From assembly GCF_902459465.1 (NCBI RefSeq), contig NC_047062.1:17670001-17734000 (forward strand): a stretch of DNA of 64,000 nucleotides, given 5' to 3'. Each line of letters begins with the position of its first letter. The stretch's first letter is position 1. Below are positions 13,722 to 25,700 of the stretch, one piece after another. This stretch comes from Asterias rubens (Eukaryota). The notes beneath the pieces are model-generated. The model saw only the letters and a list, made by a program, of their open reading frames with translations. It was not told where the DNA came from and searched no databases. The translations under genes were made by a program, and so were the position numbers.

Positions 13722-16700
13722 ATGTCATCGAACATGTTGTCGGAGGGACACATTTCAGAGATAGGATTGGAAGACCTGTCTGATTCCGATGAAATAGATT
13801 TTGGAAAAGATGATAAAGAAATACTCGTAAGTTGATTTTATACTCAATAATTTGCCTTTTATATATTTGGTTTGCGGTAACACCATGTGTGTATCTACTT
13901 GCGGGGTAGAGTGTGTTCCAGAGAACTGTCTTGTTTTATTCTTCTACCGCTGAGTAGACTTCTAAGTTCTGAAAAGAACTGCGTATTAACTATATTACCT
14001 GGGCGGATGGTATAGAAATAGGCTGGGACTACTATACAACTTTAGTAATTCAGTCAAAGTCTGATTTTTAGATTCTATGTCTGATATTTTGCGACTTTGC
14101 AGAAGTTTCTGTATACTTTTTGTTTTGAAAAAAGAATCATCTGTCAAAATTCATCCATAGACAAAATTCTTTCAAAACAAAATCTTGTTGAACTTCAATG
14201 ACTGATTGATTGTTAAAAAAAATATTCCTAAGGTTTTTATTAGGCTCAAGCTATAGGTAATGTGATTACTTTGAAAAATAAATTTAAAGTCTTTTCATTG
14301 TTTATAGATTTTGTTGTGTTTTTTTGCCAGCTGTGCAGTTGTATGCTCAACATGGAACAAGTTGAAAGTTATTAAAAACCACTCAATCTAATTTGAAAGT
14401 GTTAAAGCACTTTCAAATTAAAATTGAGTGGTTTTTAATATCTGATGTCTACACAAAGTGTTTGATCAGCGTAAACAATTTAAACACCTTTTCATTTTCA
14501 GGTAACACACAGTGACCTGTAGACAGCCTGTCCAGGCATCTTACCCTGGAAAATGCAACAAAATCCAAAGCATAAACATAAAAAGCCCAGTGATTTGTAA
14601 CAAATACCTTAGGCAAAGACAACTGTACCTTTTGTCATGATAACAATTTGCTATTGTCCCGTGCCTTATCAAATTTCTGTTCTGTTTTGGGATGTTTTAT
14701 AAGTTCGGCAAGTCTGATTTAATTCATATCAGATTCCACAAACAGAGTGGACAGAAGATTCAGCACAATTCGGATCCAATTGACCTGACTAAATTAAGCA
14801 GATGTTGAATTGATTTCAGCACTGGGTGGCTTCACAGTTCACGCCCCCTGTATCTACCACTCAGCGTAGGCCTGGCCTGGCTAATAATCTGTGGGCTAAA
14901 CCAACATAACCTTGGGCAACATGTGGTTTTACTGTATACTAATGAAGCTGTGCGTCAATTTTGACTCATGGTTGGGCTACAGATGGTATTAGGTCTCCTG
15001 TATTTTGGAGATATGAATTCCTCGGAAACCCTTTAAATTACATTGTTACCTAGTACCCAGTACATGTTTAGATCAAGATAATGTGGTTTGTTTATTTGTA
15101 TTATAAAACAACCCAAAGTCTGACTAAATTCTCATTTACAAAGTAAAAAAAAAAAAAAAAAAAAAAGTTAGTTTCATGTTTTAGTGTGGGACCATTGTGA
15201 CGCATTGTTACAGTAAACCTGCAGCCATGCTTTTATTGGGATGCAAATTTAATGCAAATTGACCCAAAACTAAAAATTGTTTTTTCTTTAACTGAGCAAA
15301 CACATGTCCCATCCTTCAAAACGACATTTGAAAAAGTCATCATTTAGCCTATAAAGTGATTATGTTATGATGAAGTTTTCATCAATTTTTGTCACCATCG
15401 CTCAAATTTCTTCATGTATTAATAGATTCATCATTATGTATTACTATTTGTTTTTTTGCAGTTGAGTAATTCAGAAGACGGCAGTACAGTCAAATTGCAG
15501 CGTCAGATAACCTTGCTGAGTGGAGTAGCCATCAATGTTGGCACCATCATTGGCTCCGGGATTTTTGTATCCCCTAAAGGTTTGTCAAGAATGACAAAGT
15601 CTTAAACTTTCACAATTGTACCAAGTTTCAAAACAATGCTAAATGAACACTTTTTCAGCAAGCAGTAAATCACATTTCTTTTGAACTCATCTCACAATTT
15701 AAAAGAAAAATGGGTGGGAAAAAATCTTAAGCCAATGAAAATCAACTTGTGAACAACAAAAACCAAGATCTTGTTTTTGTTTTTATATATATAGTAATGT
15801 GCGAATGTGAACAATAGCTCAACAGACATTAATAAGGTCAATGAACAGAATTAAAATTAGAATCTGATTGAAGGCTTAACAGAAACATTCTGATTGGCTT
15901 ATTAAATGGTTTCCAATGCTCTGATTGGTTAATCAAATGATGTATGGTACCCAGGAAACACTCTGCTTGTTTATGTATTGAAGAAGAATGTGTTCATGCA
16001 CACAGCATTTATTTGAAGGCCTGAATCCCTTCCTAAGAAATGTTGCCAACAACAGACTGGAAGACTGTTCCATAGGGGGACGGCAGGGTGGATGAACATT
16101 AATTGCTTTGAAAATGAACTTTTCCAACAACAGCTGGTGCACTGGAATTCTTAGTAGAATTTTAGTGAATGAAACCATTGTTGTTTTTTGAGCATTGTTA
16201 ACCTATTTGCTTCCTCCATTTGTCCTCATTAACAGGTGTTCTGCTGGGTGTTAGCTCTGTGGGAATGACCCTGATAGTATGGGTACTAGCGGGTATCATC
16301 TCTCTCCTGGGTGCCCTCTGCTTCGCCGAACTAGGCACCATGTTCCCCTCGTCTGGGGGGTTCTACTTCTATCTCAGAGAGATCTACGGTGAATTTGCAG
16401 CGTTCCTGTTTTTGTGGGTGTCGCTTATTATGCAAGTGCCAGCCTCCTGTGCAGTGGTGGCGATCACATTCGGGCGTTATGCCGTGCAGCCATTTTTCCC
16501 GTCTGCGGATTGTGAACCACCGATGTTTGCCATTCAGCTGCTTGCCTTGAACTCTGTGTGTGAGTATATTGCACTGGGAATGCTAGGAGTAGAGGCTTAG
16601 AGGTAGAGTACAGGCCTTGGTGCCCTTGAAAGGGCAAGGGCACCAAGGCATTTTTTTGCTTGATAAAGGGCACCACCCTATGAGAGAAATTGTAAATTTC

Positions 16701-19700
16701 TACTGGAGCATTTCAAGGGCACCAAGGCAATGACCATGGGGCACGAAGGTAATTGTCTTTGTTGCTTCTGTGAAGTATCAAACCTGAGAGTAGCCATAGA
16801 GGTAGATGTAAGATTTATCTGAGGGTGAAGGGTGTTAGAATGCCTTACTTAAGGACACTTGCATCATGATCCCACTATTCGGACCCAAGTTAAAGATGGC
16901 ACTGAGAGATTTCATATTTACTACCTTTAAGGAGAACGAGAGGAAAACAGGAAAAGGGAAACACAAAGGGTCTCCATAGGGTTATTCTATAAAGACGGGG
17001 GTGCTCCACATGGAATTTTGTGTACAAAGTCTCTGAGAGGTTCAAAGGAGAGAACAAAAAGTTGGAAAGAACAAATGATACAAATGTAGGGAACCCAAGT
17101 GCGCCCTCGGTGTTCATATTGTTGGACCGGCTTCCTTCCCATGTCTCTACATAGAGAAAAGGTTTTTAAAATTTGAGTGTTTTTTTGAAATGGGTTAAAG
17201 AGCTCAACTGATCCCTTCCTTGTAATAACATTTTTCGACTTTATGCCAATTTTTATTGGAGCAGGTCACATATCAGGATTTAAATCCTAAATTGGACAAT
17301 TCTGGTTTCCATGTAGTGTTGTGCGGGTTCTTCAACATCTTCAGTGTACGCTTGACGACTGCCGTGCAAAACATCTTCACTGTGTTCAAGATGCTGGCAC
17401 TGACAATCATCATTGTCATGGGTGCAGTGCAGATATTCAGAGGTAAAATAAGGACAACATTTCATTTACATGGCTCGAATTATACACTGGACTGCAGGCC
17501 TGAGGCCAGTGGTTTTAGTGTCAAGGGCCAGTTTACTTATGATTGGACAGGTTCGATGGTCATGTGTATTTTCAATTGAATAAAAAATACCTCACTGTGT
17601 AATATCACGAACAAAAACAAAATATTTATGCACAAGTGTTGACTTTGACTCTGATAAACATCTTTCAATCTGATTGAGTAATGAAGTATACCTAATTTTC
17701 CAAAAGACAGATAAGAGAAATCTTCTCTTGTAACATGTCTTTCTTAAAGCTTTAAATTCAAATAAAAACATACTTGTTAACTAAACTGTGTCAGTGTCAG
17801 TACTCGGGACGTTCTCCTTTGATTCTGGTCTGGTACACAAGATTCTGGTCTGGTACACAAGATTCTGGTCTGGTACACAAGATTCTGGTCTGGTACACAA
17901 GATTCTGGTCTGGTACACAAGATTCTGGTCTGGTACACAAGATTCTGGTCTGGTACACAAGATTCTGGTCTGGTACACAAGATTCTGGTCTGGTACGCAA
18001 GATTCTGGTCTGGTACACAATATTCTGGTCTGGTACACAAGATTCTGGTCTGGTACACAAGATTCTGGTCTGGTACACAAGATTCTGGTCTGGTACGCAA
18101 GATTCTGGTCTGGTACGCAAGATTCTGGTATGGTACACAAGATTCTGGTCTGGTACACAAGTTTCTGGTCAAGTAAACATTTGTCTTGAAGATTATTGTT
18201 CTCCCAAATTTGAGCCCCGACTCAGATGGGCAACTACACAGAAATCTTCTCTGAGTCGCAAAGAATAAATGCTGTACATTTCTGGCCTGGAGTTTCATAT
18301 TCAAGATGGCATATTTCCATGTTGCAAAGTGCTCTTCCATTGGAAAATCTCAAGGTCTGTGAGCAAGTTTTGAAGGGCACAAATGCCCAAACTAAGGTGT
18401 ACTAATAGGCCTAGTCCCTGGTCTGATTAACAGCTGCTAACCTACATGTGTGGCTATTAAAGGGGAAAGTTTGTGTGTCTATTTATTGCAGGTGAAACAA
18501 CCAGTTTTGAGAATTCATTTGAAGGGACAACATACGGTGGCCTTGGAAATGCCTTATACTCCGGCCTTTTTTCATATGCTGGCTGGTAAGTTGGGGTTCC
18601 CTGAACTAAAGTTGTCTAATGTGATTATAAAAATAAAATAAAAATAACATGTAGGGCCCTCCTATAAAGAGGTTATTTCTTTATGTAAATGCATGGATGA
18701 ATGTGGTGTGAGATTTGAACTTTATTTCTTAGTTTCAGTTTGGGATTCTCCTGAAATAATCGTCGTTGGTCAGGGTTTGCCCTTACTGTTTATAGGGACA
18801 AGCAAGAAGCAAGCAGGACCCGTTACCTTGTTATGTAGTCAATCAGCTTTTCAGTAGTTCAAACTTGAAACAAGCTTGCCCACTAAGAGAGAATTTTGGG
18901 AGAGCAGCTGTAAACACTTTTTCTTCCATCGGTTTGAGAATCTGGCATACATTAATTTGAATTACTTTTTATCATTTTCTCTGATACAGGTATAACTTAA
19001 ACAACGTTGTTGAGGAACTTAAGAACCCGTACAAGTAAGTGATTGGACCGAACATCTCCCTTACTCGTCACCCTAATGGGCCAGGAATCTTATCTTGAGA
19101 GGGATAATACAGGCCATTTTGATTAGGAATTGGACAATTCAATCGGGAAATCTTGACATTTCTCAATGCGATGTGCACTTACATTGTGGCATGTTGGGCG
19201 AGCGGACAAGAAAATCTGACTCCAGCTCTGGTGTTTCTGATCAGCAGAGTGTGGGTTCGAGTCCCGGAGGTGTGTTTCATGTCATGATAGGGAGTCAATA
19301 TGGGAAACAGTAGTGGCTGCTGTGTAATTCAAGGTCTGAACCAAGAATTTCCAGCCTAGTGCTCCTTTTCCAATCATTTTAAAGCACTGAATAAAATCTA
19401 CATGGTTTCTATTGACACATGAGTCAAGTTCTCATCAGGCTTTGTCGATTTGTTTGATATCGTCCCCCCAAAACGACACAAAAATAATTAAAATTGTTGA
19501 ATTTGATTAAATCGTAACCTTTTTTTGTTTCAATTCATTTGCAGAAATCTACCCCGTGCTATTTATATTACCATGACGATAGTGACAATATTTTATGTTT
19601 TTGCCAATGTTGCCTACTTCACCGCAATGACACCTCAAGAGCTACTTGCATCCGATGCCGTCGCTGTGGTAAGCGTTTTTGTTTGAGAAAGCGATTGCAA

Positions 19701-22700
19701 TTTTACAATTATGTACTGAGCAAGTGGAGATCTTTCTTTTATAGTTAAAAATGTTTGGACATACAGATCACAAGTTGGATGCGTCCACCGTGCATGTTCT
19801 GATCAGCTGCAGAAGAAATTGCCAATACAACAGCAGTGTAGATCATTACTCCAGACTTTTGAAAATAAATAGCTATGTTATATTATAAACAGTTTTTTTG
19901 TTGTTACACACTAACCAGACTTGTAGTTGACTGAAAATGATAATTAAAGATGTTTTGGTCAACCTTTGAAAGTAACACTAAGACTAGACTTGTGGACAAG
20001 TCATTACATGTTTCTTACGGTGATAGCGTAACAGCCCTCCGGGGACTCGCACGATACTGTTGTTGTCTCAGGAGCCAGCAGTCTCACAAGAACATTACCA
20101 GTGTTGCGGGATTCGCAGAGAGTGTTGGTACGCTATCACCGTGACAAATATTTAACAACTTGCCCACAAGTCTACACTGAGATGGGAGCAAATATCCCTG
20201 GGGAGCAAATATCCCTGGGAGTATGGAAGACAAAAACTTCAAATAGCAAGATACGGGGTTGGGTAGTCAAGGACTTTAATGCAAGATTTTGCAAATTTTG
20301 TTTCAAAGTTGGGGAAGTATACTTTAACTTAAACATAAGAGGTACAGTCAAATACCTGTTCAACTGGTACCTCAAATATTATGTTAGATTCGGGTAGACT
20401 CTTAAAGCTGCACCAGTTTTCCAGTTAAGTTCTTCTCTTTTGAATTGAGGATAAGGTTTGGGTGGAGGGGAGATTTAGTTTGCAGAAATGTTTCCATCCT
20501 CTGTTATTTTATGGCTGTATTAGACATATGGCCTTAAGCTTCTCGGAATTCTTGCTTGGATCATGCCGCTTTCTGTTGCCATGTCAACCTTTGGATCCAA
20601 TAATGGGAACTTTCTTGCGTTTTCAAGGTATAAAGACAAATTCAGCATACGATTTAAAAACTCCAACATTTAAAACTCTGTTGTCCTCCCAACTTTCTCA
20701 AAATTACAATCAACAACATCACATTTGTGTTAATTATGCAAAAAAACTCATGCCCAAAATCATTTGTATGTTTGTTAGCGTAAATTAAACTACATACATG
20801 CTCGTTTGCCTCATCACTCCTAGAACTAAAATCCATCATTTGGACATTATTTCTTTGAAGAACAGTCAGCAAAAAATGATTACACATCCAACAGCACAAT
20901 TAGCACCAATAACAGGGGGAAAAATTGTCAGTTTTAGATGTGGGAGGAAAACCCCAATGGGGAAAAACCAATGTCCAGTTAGGGACTAAAAACCCGATCC
21001 ACATGGCTCCAGTCTGAGGTGGGATTCGAACCGGGGTCCACAGAGTTGAAAAACAGGGAACGAAAACCACTAACCTGATCCCTAGTTAGTGAACATTTTA
21101 AAGTGGTTCAGGGCCAGAGATTCTATGTGGCTAACTTCTTCTGTTATTTATCGGGGCCATGTTGTTAGCAATTCGGAGTAAAACTGCTGGGAATTATTGC
21201 TTGGATAATGCCGCTGTCTGTTGCCATGTCAACCTTGGGATCTAATAATGGAAGTTTCCTTGCCTTCTCAAGGTATATACACCAAGCAATTTTTTTTAAA
21301 ATAAATTTTACGCTTCTCTCAAACATCTTTTATATTTATGCAATCATATTTTTATTTAAATTTATTCATTAAGTGAAATGAATGCTTTTGGTAAGAAGAT
21401 TGGTTTTTGTTTTCAAGAAACATCAGGGCAGGAAGTATTTTGTATAAAATACCAGTCAATCAGACCATGGGGTTTGTACGGGTTGTATTGGTCTGAGATC
21501 AATAACTAAAGTATGTTGTTTCCAGCAAACGTTTTCAGAACAAAATATATACAAACTGTAGGGACAAAAACCCACCAAAACTTATTTGCAACTCAATATT
21601 GGCATTCAGTTTGAACAAAATAAGTTCAGTCTAAGTTGTTTGCTATGAAAAATTGCTGAGCGAAGTCACAAAACAAAAACAATGTTATCTTGTGCCATTG
21701 TACCAATGGTGACAAATATTTATTGGGTTGTCATTTTTTTGTATCAATTTTCAGTCATTTTACCAAAACTATTTTCCTGGCTTTTATCATGAATTTAAAA
21801 AATCAATGCAGCTATGACATTTGCAATTTTCTATAGCTTTTTTTCTTCCTCTCCTTTTAAAATTGCTTCTAATCATATTGCCTTTAAATGCTTTTTACCT
21901 TATTTTCATTCCAGCACAAGTTTGGAAACACGGCCAAAGAGATTTAAACATTTGGTCGCTAGAGTTGTTCAAGGCTACCTCACCGTTAGATGAGAAACTG
22001 AGCACTGATACTCCTTTTTAAACTGATCAGTTAATATCATTCAAATGGGTTTTTATATGAACAAAGGCAATTGTCAATTTCTTTCTAAGTGTTCTAAACA
22101 AATGTCCTTGGCTACCTAGGCAATTCCAGCCGTTTCTTTGTACATTTCAGGACCTTCTGACTAAAAATTTGCCCTTATACAAGATATGAACAAATTGAAA
22201 GCAAATTTTTTACGCCACATCATCTTGATTATTGAGGCACACTTATTAATCTTGAGGGGACAAGGTTCCAAAATAAGCAATATACAAACTTGCTGTCCAT
22301 CAATTAGAAGTTTAAATTCCTTTATTATTTTGGTGCAATAATTTAGCTATTCGGCCAGAGACTACTAGGAGTTGTTGCTTGGATTTTGCCGGTTTCTGTT
22401 GCCATGTCAACCTTTGGATCTAATAATGGGGGTTTTCTGTCTTTCTCAAGATATACATATCATGTACACATAGACAAAAGATGAAAGATTTGAAATCAAC
22501 TCATTAGATTCTCTTGAACACATTTTCTTTCATCATACTTTATTTTAGTGTAAAACTTAAAAGGTGTGTACTTTTGGTTGGAGGATTGAAAGTGAGCTAA
22601 CATTTTTAAATTACCTAAAACAAAATTATCTGGGCCGGGACTGCCTGAATTTTTGGTTTTTTGTTGTTGTCAGTATTGTCTGAAATATCTTCTATTACTA

Positions 22701-25700
22701 CTTCCGTTTGTGTTTTGAAAAACCTACTGCACGAATATTTTATAGCATCTTTACATTTTTGATTCATTTTACCCAAGGTATACATCTTGCTTTTATCATG
22801 AATTTTACGATATCAATACAGCCATTACTTTTACAATTTTCTTTCTTCAAAATTTTTCTTTTTCAAATTGCTTCTGATCATACTGCTCCTAATCTCATTT
22901 GCATTACAGCACACGTTTAGAAACACAAGACTGCTTTTCAGTTAGATAAGAAACATCTCTATTTCCTCCATTTCAACTTGCATTTCTTTGTAAACCTTTT
23001 TTATAATCAAAGTAAAGGCAACCTTCAAATGACAAATTTATTTCCAATTGTTACAGGCCGAGACTCTTGGTACTTGGTCAATAGCACTCTGCACTCTAGT
23101 TGGTTTTCAGACAACTTAAAAGTTAGTTTTGAATTGACTGTTCAAGTTTACACACTGCATTCTGAACCCTGAATGAAGTTGAATGATATTGACTGATCAG
23201 TCACTAGGAGGGCCAGGGCTTTATAACCAGGGTTACCATCATTGTATATTGACCTGCCAGATATTGTACTTACATGCTTTTATGTCCATTATGCAATCAT
23301 GCTTAAATGTTTGTTTCACTTAAAAGCCAAGCCAAAACTATTGAACATTGGAAGTAAGTTGCATTGCCAAAGCAACAATACAATGAAAGTCCAGGTAAGC
23401 ATTTATCACAATTGCCATCATCAGAGCGATCTAAAAACTGTTGCTGTTTTTTGGCTGTTTTATTCAGACATTTGGTATCAAGGTCCTTGGTGTGTTTGCA
23501 TGGTGTATGCCAGTGTTCGTTGCGATGTCGACATTTGGCTCAAATAACGGAAGCCTTCTCGGCTTATCTAGGTAATTGTTGACCAATGTAGACTATTACA
23601 CACATGCAAGGAGGTTGTTTTTCAAAATGAATCATTGATAATGATCAAGGCCAGATATAATTTGTAAGGGATAGTTGACAATAACATCAGTTTTAAAAGA
23701 ATATTGTCAAACTCGTAACATTATAAGACCAATGGTAACATATTATCTGATGGTTGAATTCAATGTTGGTACAGTACATTACAATCTGATTGTTGTACTC
23801 CTACAGTGTCCAAAGTGAAATGCCAAAAAATGTGTTGCATTATTCTAAATTTATCTTCTTTAAAAAATATTTTATATCTAAAACGTAAAAAAAACCACTA
23901 GAGATAATCTTTTGTCATTGCAGAAGTGAAATCGCAATTAAATTCTTTACATGCCAGTAAATCCATTTGTTTGCGTTTCCTACAAGAGATGACAGACTTT
24001 GCTGATGCTGTCGTGTAATTAATTTACGCAAATTTGGTCCGCCATGTATGTGTGTGTAATAGTCTATTCTATAACTGTAAACAAAGAGAACAAAGAATGC
24101 TGTAATGACAATAAACACAACAAAGGGGACCACTTTGCATCCACCACATCAGTAGCTCTTCCAGTGGTTGTAAATTTGTGTAAGTACCTGAAACCACCCA
24201 CCCAAATAAGTATTTCAATATAAAAGGTCATGCAGGCTTATACTGAAAATAGTTTTAGTTTATTCAATTTGTTAAAAGTCTTCTTTTTTTAAATCATCCT
24301 CAATTTTCCATAATGGACTGACAAATTTATAATAATATATTCATAATAATAATAAATAATAAGTTGTTCTTACATAGTGCATTTTACAATAATCTATCAA
24401 TGTGTGCTTAACATTAGTCTCTGGTCATTGGCAAGGACACAAGTGTCATCTCCGGGAGTCAAACCCTGCCTCCGATGACTCCAGACCACTAGAACTTGAA
24501 TGACACCCACTATTAAATTGAAAATGAAGGGTACTCTAAACATAATGCTCCTGAATAGCGCAGATGGGTACATGCTACCGAATAATCAAGTCAAACATGT
24601 TCAATATTAGCCTGCATGTCCATTCACATACTGGAACACTTTTCGGGTGGTTTCAAGTACGTGACGTATATTACAACAATAGGGAAAACTGATGCAAACT
24701 CGTCCGCTTTATTGTGTTTCATGTCTTATAACTTTTGATTGTAGAAATAAAATGATAACATGAATCCAAGCATTGTGATTGGGAAAAAAAATCTGAACAA
24801 AATCTAAAGAACTGACCTCTCATAATTTTACTTCTCACTCAATGTTTTTTTTTCCAACACTCTGTATGGAAGGCGACGATACTTAAATTTGAAACTCAAC
24901 AAAACCACAAAGTTCAGAACAAGAAATGGCAATTTAACTTTGATTTTTTTCACACTCATTCAGTCCATTTGTTACCATATTAAAGTCCAATTTCAGTGCA
25001 ACTCATTTTCAGCAACGAGATCATGCTTTACAACTTAACTCACTTTTTACCTTTTAAATTTTTCATTCATACTTTGCACTCCAAACACAATGCTACTGAA
25101 TATCACAGATGGGTACATGTTACTGATTATGTGATATTTAACCGCACTTTAGGAAACTTACTGCTCAATTATGTCTAGAACTAATGACGATATTAAGAGT
25201 AAAACAAGCAACAACAAATAGTTCATTGAGGTAACATTGTAATCACAACAAAAGGGGACTTATTTTAACAGGAAACTGGGTTTAAAGTGATGGTCCAGTT
25301 TAAACAAAAAAGGGGGAACACCCAAACTAAATTGAAAGCAAAACATTGAGTTCTTCAATTAAATAATTAAATTTCTCCAAAAATGAGATGCTTGGTTTAC
25401 GATCTTTATACAAATGGCTGTGGTCCATGCCTGTAGCTCCAAAGGGTGACAGTACCCACATATGACTTTGCAAATTTGGCACCAATGAACCTCCTACATT
25501 CTACTACTTGTTTAACCCAATTTCATGGCACATTCAATTGTGGCTTTCTGCACTTAGTTCATCATTATCAACCTGTGGTTTGAAAATCCACTTGTTTTAC
25601 CAACAATCATTAGTGAAGACAACTAATGCAATCAAGTATTACATTATCTTAAAGAGGTTCACTTGCAGAATTAAAAAACTAATAATTCTTAGGCATACAG

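Noticed and set aside
14490-14510. TTTTCATTTTCAG|GTAAC recursive-splice (ratchet) motif
   Set aside because: The host intron is only 1.6 kb and the motif can occur by chance; no further evidence.
17774-18340. Long repetitive ORFs on both strands; regular repeat resembling a CRISPR array
   Set aside because: A pure 20-bp tandem repeat with no unique spacers, intronic and eukaryotic; the ORFs are by-products.
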